From an uncultured Planctomycetota bacterium (GTDB lineage: Bacteria; Planctomycetota; PLA2; JAEUHO01): a DNA stretch of 64,000 bases. The stretch spans positions 1,312,001 to 1,376,000 of the forward strand of contig CAVVXN010000005.1 in assembly GCA_963752285.1 (NCBI GenBank). Direction: 5' to 3'. Below the pieces are notes generated by a model that was given only the letters and a program-made list of their open reading frames with translations, made no database searches and was not told where the DNA came from. The translations under genes and the position numbers were made by a program. The first letter of the stretch is position 1. Every line of letters begins with the position of its first letter. This document shows positions 31,297-39,900 of the stretch, piece by piece.

Positions 31297-32310
31297 TCAG
31301 ACGACCGACGCGACGCGGGCGCCTGGAGCGAGGCGCAGCGCGTCGCGCCGGGCGACGTCGGAAGGGAGGACGAACGCGGCGGTCGCCGCAGCGTCGGCGG
31401 CGAGGCACGTCGGCGCGACGATCGTCACACTGTGGAAGGCGGCCTGGCGGGGCGCCGCGGTGGCCGGGTCGAGGAGATGGTGGTAGCGGCGGCCGGCGTA
31501 CGTGAAGCCCCGCTCGTAGTCCCCCGAGGTCGCGACGGCCTCGTCCCGGACCTCGAGGCGCCCCACGAGGCCGTCCGGGTCGTTGGGGTCCTGGATGCCG
31601 ATGCACCAGGGATCGCCGTCCTCCGACCCGCCGATCGCGACGAGGTCCCCGCCCACGTTCACGAGGGCGCCCCGCGCACCACGGCGACGGATCGCGGCGG
31701 CGGCGCGGTCCACGCCGTAGCCCTTCGCGATGCCGCCGAGGTCGATCCGCGCGGCGCGGTCCGTGAGGCGGACGGCGGGCCGGCCGCGCCACGTGTCCAC
31801 GTCGAGCGCACGCCAGAGGCCGCGCCCCGCGAGGGGCTTCCAGGCCTCGGCGGGCGGCGGCGCGGCGCGGTGCTCCACGTCCCACGCCTCCGTCGCCTCG
31901 AGCAGACAGGGGTCGAACGCGCCCCGGCTCCCCTCGGCCCAGCGGATCGCCTCGCGCAGCACGAGGGCCGTCTCGTCGCCGACGAACACGGCCTCCCGCG
32001 TCGCTCCGAGGTTCGCGCGGCCCACGTCCGACCGGGGGTCGAACCTCGACATCGTGCTCTCGACGCGGCGAAGCGCCGCGATCGCGTCCTCGAGGGCGGC
32101 CTCGGCGACGTGCGGGTCGTCGTGCACGACGGCGAGGTCCGCGAGCGTGCCCATGATCGGGATCGTCCGACGCGCGAGCGGCCGGCCACGACGACGCAGG
32201 GCCACGGGAACCGAGAGCGCGACGAACGCGCCGACGCCGAGCGCCAGCACGTCGCGGCGACTCGGACCGCGCGCGGCGCACCCGGGGCGGGGGTCAGGAC
32301 TGGAGGTCAT
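31297..32310 (-). CDS. apbE: FAD:protein FMN transferase with twin-arginine signal
   Basis: SRRDVL Tat motif, MGT, IDLGGIAKGYGVD, ATSGDYER, HHLLDP, ADAAATA. Confidence 0.93.
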   Translation of the reverse strand: MTSSPDPRPGCAARGPSRRDVLALGVGAFVALSVPVALRRRGRPLARRTIPIMGTLADLAVVHDDPHVAEAALEDAIAALRRVESTMSRFDPRSDVGRANLGATREAVFVGDETALVLREAIRWAEGSRGAFDPCLLEATEAWDVEHRAAPPPAEAWKPLAGRGLWRALDVDTWRGRPAVRLTDRAARIDLGGIAKGYGVDRAAAAIRRRGARGALVNVGGDLVAIGGSEDGDPWCIGIQDPNDPDGLVGRLEVRDEAVATSGDYERGFTYAGRRYHHLLDPATAAPRQAAFHSVTIVAPTCLAADAAATAAFVLPSDVARRDALRLAPGARVASVV

Positions 32311-32494
32311 CGGTGGACTCCTCGGACGGGGCGGACGCGCGCGCGCAGCCGGCGCAGCCGCCGGAGCGGGCCTCCTCGCAGTCCCGGCGCGCGTCGCAGC
32401 CCGGCCCGTCGTCCGGCGACCCGAAGCGGTGCTGGATCCAGACGAAGCCTCCGAAGAGGGCGCCGGTCACGACGATGGCGACGAGCGGGCTCAC
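32294..32494 (-). CDS. Small single-TM Cys-rich protein (66 aa)
   Basis: GTG start overlaps rnfA stop (GTGA); stop overlaps apbE start; TM followed by C-x5-C-x7-C-x2-C. Confidence 0.7.
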   Translation of the reverse strand: MSPLVAIVVTGALFGGFVWIQHRFGSPDDGPGCDARRDCEEARSGGCAGCARASAPSEESTDDLQS

Positions 32495-33072
32495 GACGCC
32501 GTCCCCAGGCCCGCGAAGCCCATGAACGCGAGGGAGAGCGTGCCCGCGATGATCAGCGTGAGGGCCGTCCCCCGCGCGATCGAGGGGACGTCCGCGAGCT
32601 CGGTGGTCTCTCGGATCGACGCCATCAGGACGAGCGCGAGCGTCAGCCCGAGGCCGGCGCCGAGCGCGTAGAAGAGGCCCTGGACCAGGGTGTAGTCGTA
32701 CTTCGTCGTCTGCCAGAGCGCGAGGCCCAGGATCGCGCAGTTGGTCGTGATGAGGGGGAGGTAGATTCCGAGCTGGCGGAACAGGGTGGGGCTCAGCTTC
32801 TTGATCGCCATCTCGGTGATCTGTACGAGCGAGGCGATCACCACGATGAACGAGATGAGCCGGAGGTAGGGCGCGGCGCGGAGCACGGTGTTGTGCAGCG
32901 CCCAGGCGCACACCGAGGTCATCGTGAGCACGAAGATGTTCGCGAGCCCCATGCGCAGCGCCGTCGCGATGCGCGACGAGACGCCCATGAAGGGGCAGAG
33001 CCCCAGGAAGAGCATGAGGGTGAAGTTGTTCACCACCATGGCGGAGAGGAGGATCCAGAGGAGACCGCCCAT
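32491..33072 (-). CDS. rnfA: Rnf electron transport complex subunit A
   Basis: VNNFTLMLFLGLCPFMGVS, LGIYLPLITTNCAILG, LSLAFMGF. Confidence 0.95.
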   Translation of the reverse strand: MGGLLWILLSAMVVNNFTLMLFLGLCPFMGVSSRIATALRMGLANIFVLTMTSVCAWALHNTVLRAAPYLRLISFIVVIASLVQITEMAIKKLSPTLFRQLGIYLPLITTNCAILGLALWQTTKYDYTLVQGLFYALGAGLGLTLALVLMASIRETTELADVPSIARGTALTLIIAGTLSLAFMGFAGLGTAS

Positions 33073-33770
33073 CACGGAGCCCTCCCGTCGAGCGAGCCCG
33101 CGCCGAGCGCGGCCCGCACCGCCTGGGGCGCGTCGGCGTCCGCCGCGTCCGGCCCCTCCGCGGGTCCGCGGGCGCGCGCCCGCCGCCACGCCGCGAGACC
33201 GAGGAGGAGGAAGCCGAGCGTCAGGAAGCCGCCGGGCGGCAGCTTCATGATGACCCAGGGCTGGTAGCTCGCGCCGAAGAGCGAGACGCCGAGGAACGTG
33301 CCGTTCCCGAGGACCTCGCGGAACGTGCCCATCAGGAGGAGCGCGATCGTGAAGCCGAGGCCCGAGCCGATCGCGTCGAGCGCCGCGCGGCCGACCGGGT
33401 TCCGGGCCGCGAACGCCTCCTGTCGGCCGAGGATGATGCAGTTCACGACGATCAGCGAGATGAACGCGCCGAGCGCCTTGTGGATGTCGGGCACCGTGGC
33501 CTCGAGCCCCATGTCGGCCACCGTCACGAAGGTGGCGATGATCAGCACGTACGTCGAGATGCGGACCTCGTGGGGGATCCACCGCTTCAGGGACGACACG
33601 AGGACGCTCGACCCGAGCAGTACGAAGAAGGTCGCGATGGCCATGGCGAGGCTGTTCGCGACCGTGTTCGTCACGGCCAGCGTCGGGCACAGGCCGAGGA
33701 GCTGGACGAGAACCGGGTTCTCGCGCCAGATGCCCCTCACGAGGTCGGCGGAGGCCGGGCGGGCGGTCAT
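33072..33770 (-). CDS. rnfE: Rnf electron transport complex subunit E
   Basis: GIWRENPVLVQLLGLCPTLAVT, LIVVNCIILGRQEAFA, LPPGGF. Confidence 0.95.
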   Translation of the reverse strand: MTARPASADLVRGIWRENPVLVQLLGLCPTLAVTNTVANSLAMAIATFFVLLGSSVLVSSLKRWIPHEVRISTYVLIIATFVTVADMGLEATVPDIHKALGAFISLIVVNCIILGRQEAFAARNPVGRAALDAIGSGLGFTIALLLMGTFREVLGNGTFLGVSLFGASYQPWVIMKLPPGGFLTLGFLLLGLAAWRRARARGPAEGPDAADADAPQAVRAALGAGSLDGRAP

Positions 33771-34492
33771 CGCGGAACCTCCTTCCCGGGGCCCGGGGCG
33801 GTCGGCCCGGACGGCGACGCCGGGTCCGGCCCGCCGCCCGGGTGCGCCGCGAGCCACGACGAGAGCACGGGGTCGAGGCGCTCGAGCGCGCCCCGGACGA
33901 TCCCGACGACGGCCCGGGACGAGATCGTCGCGCCCGTGATCATGTCCACCGCGTGCGTGTCGCCGTTCGACTCGCCCTGCTTGACGCCGTGGATCGGGAA
34001 CTCCTTGCCCTCGAACTGCGCGGCGAAGTGCGGGTCCTTCTCGATCGAGTCGCCGAGGCCGGGCGTCTCCTTGCTCTCGAGCACCTTGAGCCCCCGGATC
34101 TTCTTCGTCGTCGGGTCGTACCCGACGATCAGCCGGATCTCGTCCGCGTACCCGTTGGCGCCGGCGACGATCGCGAACCCGACGGGCTTCCCGGCCGCGT
34201 CGAACCCGAGGTAGACGGGCTCGAGCGTCTTGGGGTCGGCGCCGGGCGGCGGCTCGGCCGAGAGGTCGGCCCCGCGCACGTAGAGCGTCGTGGAGCGCGC
34301 GGGCGCGCCGAGGACCTCGCCGATCGCGGCCTTCAGCATCTCGGCCTTGTGGGCCAGGATCGCGGGCTGCGTCGCCTGGTACACGAACACGAGGAGGCCG
34401 CCCGCGACCGCCCCCGCCAGCGCGAGCGTCGCGACGAAGCGCCAGCTCGGCGTCTCCGGGCGCACGGACGGGGCGGCGTCGCCGGGACTCAC
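33767..34492 (-). CDS. rnfG: Rnf electron transport complex subunit G
   Basis: N-terminal TM, GYADEI, ETPGLG, FMN site DMITGATISS. Confidence 0.93.
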   Translation of the reverse strand: MSPGDAAPSVRPETPSWRFVATLALAGAVAGGLLVFVYQATQPAILAHKAEMLKAAIGEVLGAPARSTTLYVRGADLSAEPPPGADPKTLEPVYLGFDAAGKPVGFAIVAGANGYADEIRLIVGYDPTTKKIRGLKVLESKETPGLGDSIEKDPHFAAQFEGKEFPIHGVKQGESNGDTHAVDMITGATISSRAVVGIVRGALERLDPVLSSWLAAHPGGGPDPASPSGPTAPGPGKEVPR

Positions 34493-35535
34493 GACAGGAT
34501 CCTCGCGGCGCGCGTCCCGAAGACGCGCGGCTGCGTGGCGCGGTTGATGAAGGGCACGAGCGCGTTCATGAGGAGGATCGAGTACTGCACCCCCTCCGGA
34601 AGCCCGCCCCACAGGCGGATCGTGACGACGAGGAACCCGATCCCCACCCCGAAGACGACGCAGCCGCGGTGCGTGACGGGCGACGTGACCATGTCGGTCG
34701 CCATGTAGACGGCGCCGAGCGCGAGCCCGCCGGAGAGGAGCATGAAGCCCGGGCCGGGGAAGCGGTCCGGACCGAGAAGGTGGAGGACCCCCGAGAAGAG
34801 GCCGACGGTGGCGAAGATCGCCACGGGGATGCGCCAGTTGAGCCGGTTTCGGAGCGCCAGGTAGAGGCCGCCGAGGAGGATGAGGATCGCCGAGGTCTCG
34901 CCGAGCGAACCGCCGGTCGTGCCGAGGAGGAGGTGCGCGAGGTCCGTCCCCTGGTGCTGGAACTTCATGAGGCCGAGGGGCGTCGCCGCCGTGGTGCCGT
35001 CCACGACGTGCGGCGCCATCAACGGCAGCGCGAGGTTGTCGCCGCGCAGCCGGAGCCAGTCGGAGATGCGCTCGAAGGAGAAGGCGGAGAACCGGCCCCC
35101 CGAGACGAGGTTCGCAGGCCACGTCGTCAGCGCGACGGGGAACGCGGCCTGGAGGAACGCGCGCCCGACCAGCGCGGGATTGAAGGGGTTCTGGCCGAGG
35201 CCCCCGAAGATCAGCTTGCCGAAGCCGATGCCGAACACGCCGCCCACGAACGCCATCCAGAGGGGGACCCCGGCGGGGAGCGTCAATCCGAGGAGCAGGC
35301 CCGTGATCACGGCGGAGCCGTCGCCGAGCGTGCCGCGCCGCCCGAACGCGCGCTCGGTCAGGAGCGCGCCGAGGGTGGCCGCGGCCAGGACGAGCACCGC
35401 GCTCGGCCCGAAGAACCAGATCGAGGCGAGGATCACCGGCACGAGGCTCAGGACCACGGACCACATGATCCGCGGCGTGCTCTCCGGCGAGCCGAGGTGG
35501 GGCGAGGCGGTGACGAGCCAGCGGGGCGATCTCAC
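34489..35535 (-). CDS. rnfD: Rnf electron transport complex subunit D
   Basis: SPH start, DGSAVITGLLL, FGGLGQNPFNPALVGR, FMN site DGTTAATPL, GSLGETS, YMATDMVTSP. Confidence 0.95.
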   Translation of the reverse strand: MRSPRWLVTASPHLGSPESTPRIMWSVVLSLVPVILASIWFFGPSAVLVLAAATLGALLTERAFGRRGTLGDGSAVITGLLLGLTLPAGVPLWMAFVGGVFGIGFGKLIFGGLGQNPFNPALVGRAFLQAAFPVALTTWPANLVSGGRFSAFSFERISDWLRLRGDNLALPLMAPHVVDGTTAATPLGLMKFQHQGTDLAHLLLGTTGGSLGETSAILILLGGLYLALRNRLNWRIPVAIFATVGLFSGVLHLLGPDRFPGPGFMLLSGGLALGAVYMATDMVTSPVTHRGCVVFGVGIGFLVVTIRLWGGLPEGVQYSILLMNALVPFINRATQPRVFGTRAARILS

Positions 35536-36941
35536 GACGGCGCTCCCGGGGCGACCGGCGCGGACGCCGGGGCCGGCGCGGCGCCGCCCGACGCCGCGGG
35601 CGCCGGGGCCTTCGCCTGTCGCACGCGCAGCGCCGTGCGCGAGGCCTGGAAGAGCTGGCTCAGCGGGATGTGGGAGGGGCACACGTACGAGCAGCAGCCG
35701 CAGAGCATGCAGTCGGACAGGTGGTGGCCCGCCATCTCGTCCTCGCGGCCCGCGAGGGCGAGCTGGCCGAGGATCTGCGGGTTCAGGAACACGGGGCACG
35801 CGTCGAGGCAGTGTCCGCACCGGATGCACGGGTACGTCTCGGGGCGGCGGACCTCGCCCTCCACGAGGACGACGATGCCCGTGGTGCCCTTCGTCACGGG
35901 CGCGTCGAGGTTCGCGATCGAGGCGCCCATCATGGGCCCGCCGTTCACGACCTCGCGCGCGTCCTCGGTGAGCCCGCCGCTCGCGTCGAGGAGGTCGCGG
36001 ATCTTCGTACCGACCGGCACGATCCAGTTCCCGGGCCGACGGACGCCGTGGCCCGTGACCGTCACGATGCGCTCGATCAGGGGCAGCCCCGTCTCGAAGA
36101 CCTCCGCGATCGTGGCCACCGACGCGACGTTCTGGACGATCACGCCCACGTCCATGGGAAGGCGGCCCGTCGGCACGCGGCGCCGGAGGAGGGCGTCGAT
36201 GAGCATCTTCTCGGCGCCCTGCGGGTATTTCACGGTGAGGCCCACGATCTCGACGTCGAGGTCGGTCGGCCGCGTGGCCTTCATGCGTTCGAGCGCGTCG
36301 GGCTTGTTCTTCTCGATCCCCACGATCGCGCGCGGCACGCCGAGACAGCGCATCATCAGGCGGATGCCGAGGTGCACCCGCTCGGGAAAGTCCACCATCG
36401 TCCGGTGGTCGGTCGTGAGGTACGGCTCGCACTCGCAGCCGTTGATCACCAGCGTGTCGATCGACTTCCCGTCCGGGGGCGACAGCTTCACGTGGGTCGG
36501 GAACGCGGCGCCGCCGAGGCCCACCACCCCCGCGTGGCGGACCGCTTCGACGGTCTCCTCGCGCGTCAGGCGCTCCCAGGCCGGGACCAGGCGCGGCCTC
36601 GGCGCCTGCGCGGACCAGGGCTCGACCTCGATCCGGACCGAAGTCTCCATGGAGCCGTCCGGGTGCGGCCAGAGTCCGACCGACACGACGCGCCCGGACG
36701 CCGACGCGTGGATCGGCACGGAGACCCAGCCGTCGGCCTCGGCCACGACGTCGCCGCGCTCCACGCGGTCGCCCTCCCGGACGATCGGCCGCGCGGGCCG
36801 GCCCGCGTGCTGTCGCACGGGGAGGACGACCTCCGCCGGGAAGGGCATGCGACGCACAGGCAGGTGCGCCGTCAGCTCCTTCGCCTCGGGCGGGTGGACG
36901 CCGTGCCGGAAGCGGGGCTTCGTGTGGTTCGGCTTCGCCAT
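35532..36941 (-). CDS. rnfC: Rnf electron transport complex subunit C
   Basis: GVHPPEAK, GLGGAAFPTHVKL, NGCECEPYLTTD, KYPQGAEK, GGPMMG, CIRCGHCLDACP and CMLCGCCSYVCP. Confidence 0.96.
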   Translation of the reverse strand: MAKPNHTKPRFRHGVHPPEAKELTAHLPVRRMPFPAEVVLPVRQHAGRPARPIVREGDRVERGDVVAEADGWVSVPIHASASGRVVSVGLWPHPDGSMETSVRIEVEPWSAQAPRPRLVPAWERLTREETVEAVRHAGVVGLGGAAFPTHVKLSPPDGKSIDTLVINGCECEPYLTTDHRTMVDFPERVHLGIRLMMRCLGVPRAIVGIEKNKPDALERMKATRPTDLDVEIVGLTVKYPQGAEKMLIDALLRRRVPTGRLPMDVGVIVQNVASVATIAEVFETGLPLIERIVTVTGHGVRRPGNWIVPVGTKIRDLLDASGGLTEDAREVVNGGPMMGASIANLDAPVTKGTTGIVVLVEGEVRRPETYPCIRCGHCLDACPVFLNPQILGQLALAGREDEMAGHHLSDCMLCGCCSYVCPSHIPLSQLFQASRTALRVRQAKAPAPAASGGAAPAPASAPVAPGAPS

Positions 36942-36946
36942 GGTGC

Positions 36947-39900
36947 TCAGCGGAAGCGCTCCGCGCGCTTCACCCACTTGTCCAGGTCCCTCTCCTTCGG
37001 GTCGAGCGGGGTCCCCGGGTGGATGATCTTGACGGGGCACTTCTCCGCAGCGACCACGAGGTCGCGATAGGGCCCGCCGCGCGGGTCCTTCACGACGGCC
37101 TGCTTCTTGTCGTTGTAGGCGAAGAGGCGCCGGTTCAAGTTGACGCACTCGTGGCAGGTCGTGCAGCGCGCGGACTCGATCCACGGCTCCACGTCGAGCG
37201 TCTCGTCGGCGGGCGCCTCCGCGGTGGACGTGGCCGTCGCCGCGGGCGCCGACGGCGAGACGGCCGTCCCGCTGGCCGCCGCCACGCCGCCCGGTGCCGC
37301 GCCGGCCGGAGCCGCAGCGGCGCCGGGGGCCGCGAACAGGCCGTCGGTACCCGCCGCCACGGGCTCGAGCCCGGCCGCCTCGACGCGCGCCAGGATGTCG
37401 GCCAGCGTCGCGCCGGCGTCGCCCTGACGCAGGAGCCCCTCGGCCATGCGCCGTGCGACCGCGAGCGGGATCCGCGCCCTCAGGTCGGCGATCTTCGCCT
37501 CGTACTCCGCCTTGAGCGCCTGGAGCTTCTCCTCGTACGCCGCGGCGACCTCCCGCTCTACGAGGTCGTGGACGGGCGGCGACGCCTCGGTGCCGGCGAG
37601 CTGACGCAGGTGCCGCCACGCGTCGATCCGGTCGTCGGCCAGGTGCACGATGGACGACGAGACGAGGAGGCGCGCGAGGTGGTTCTCGGCGTCCAGCGTG
37701 TAGATGAACGGGATGGCGTCCCCACGCTCGGCGGCCGGCATCGCCACGTAGTCCGCGAACGGGACCACGTCGTCGTCGGGCCTCGCCGGCTTGAACTGCT
37801 TCTGGAAGCGGCCCTCGGTCGCGGCCCAGTCGGCGATCGTGAGCGGCAGCGTCAGGGTCTTCGCCTGGCCCTGCTCGTCCTCGTACGAGAGCTCGTACGT
37901 CGGCCAGAGGTCTTCGATCGCGGGGTTGCCGTCGAGGCTCATGCGCTCCGCGATCGAGGTCCCGGCGTCGGGGTCGTACACGAGGAGCGGGAACGCGCGG
38001 CTCTCGAGCGCGAGCTTCGCGGCGCGCATCGACGAGTAGTCGGCGAGACCGTGCTCGGGCGGGCACGGGGCGTGGAGGACGAAGAGCGCCGGGCGTCGCG
38101 CCTTCAGCCCCCTGATCACGCCGCCGAGCAGATGGCTCGGCAGCGCCTGCGAGGACTGCAGCACGTAGGCCTGGCGGTGGGCGATGCCGACGAGCGAGAG
38201 CTCCTTCCGCATCTCCTCCTTGCCCTGGTGCGCCTTCCCGAACGCCGCCATGTCGGAGACCTGGCCCGTGAACGAGCCCGTGGACGCCTGGCCGCCGGTG
38301 TTGGAGTACACCTGCGTGTCGAGCACGACGACGCGGACGGGCTTGTCGGACGCGAGCAGGCGCGACAGGTTCTGGAAGCCGATGTCGAGCATCGCGCCGT
38401 CGCCCCCCACCGCGATGATGGGCGGGCAGAGGAGGAACTCCTCCTCGGAAAAGTCGTGCCAGTCGAGGCGCGCGAAGACGGCTTCGTCGCGCTGGGCGTC
38501 GTACTCGTCCTTCGCGAGGAGATCCGCGCGGCGGACCGCGACGAAGTTGTCGGTCATCTTCCGCATGTGCCCTTCGAAGATGCCGATGGCGATCGAGGGG
38601 GCGTCCTGGAAGAGGTGGTTCACCCAGGGGAAGGGATACGGGTTGTACGGGTACGTGCTGCCCCACACGGACGAGCAACCGGTCGAGTTCGTGAACCCGA
38701 GCGACGCCCGACCCTTGCCGCTCGGCCCCTCGACGTAGCGCCACCGGAGGTCCTTCACCTCGCGGATCGACCGCACGATCCGCTCGATCTCGCGCCGGCG
38801 CTCCGGGTCGAGCGCGACCTCGGCTCCGACGCCGCCCTCGACCATCCGGTCGAGGTCGGCGTCCGAGGAGAGGAGCATCCGTGCCTTCTGGTCGAGCGTC
38901 TCCACGATCTCGTCGAGGCGCTTCACGAACGCGTGCACCCGAGGCCGCATCACCGCGTTCACGGCGGCGACCACGAGGTGGATCCCCGTCTTCTCGCCGC
39001 AGCCCATGCAGGCGCCGTCGCCGCCCACCATGGACATGTAGTTGTCCTTCTTGAGCAGGAGCGACGAGAGGATCCCGATACCCTCGTCCAGGCTCGCGAC
39101 GTCCACGAACCGGTCGTCGGTGTCCGGCAGGTGCCGCCAGAGCGACCACCGCCGGCGCAGGTCCTCGACGACCTGGTCCGTCTGCTTGATCGTGACGAGC
39201 GCGCCCGTGGGGCACACGTTCACGCAGATGTTGCAGCCCTTGCAGGTCTCGGGGTTCACGGTGACCGAGAGGAGGCCGCCCGACCCCGGCTCCGCCGACT
39301 CCGGCACGTCGAAGAACGGGGCCGTCTTCGCCAGCGGGAAGTCCTGCAGCTCGGCCGCCACCGCCTGGAACTCCTGGTCCAGGGCGTGGCGCCGCTCGGG
39401 GTCGAGGTCGAGCTTCGCCGCGACGGTCTCGTAGCTCTGCGTCAGCACCTCGGAGAAGGAGGCAAACGGCCCGCTCTTCATCACGCGGCGCGCCTCGCGG
39501 CCCAGGTGCTTCACGATGGGCTTCAGGCGGTCGTACGTGCGGCCGTTCGAGATCGTGCGGATCGCGGCGTCGAGGACGTCCTCGATGCCGCTCACGACGC
39601 CGGGAATGGCCGAGTCGGGGCACTGCGTCCAGCAGGCCGCGCAGCCCGTGCACTTCGACGCGACGAACTCCGGCACCTCGAAGCGCATGTCGGTCATGTC
39701 GCGGATCGACGACGTCGCGGCGGGGATCGCGGAGATCGCGGCGAACGGGTCGGCGATCCCGTCGGCGCCCGACTTGTACAGGTGGCAGACCTGCTCCCAG
39801 AAGCGGCCGGGGTGCGCGATGCCGTCCTGGGCCGCCGCGTCGCCGAGGATCTCGGGCATGACGGGAACGTGCCCGCTCTCCGGCCCGTCGTCGGAGAGGG

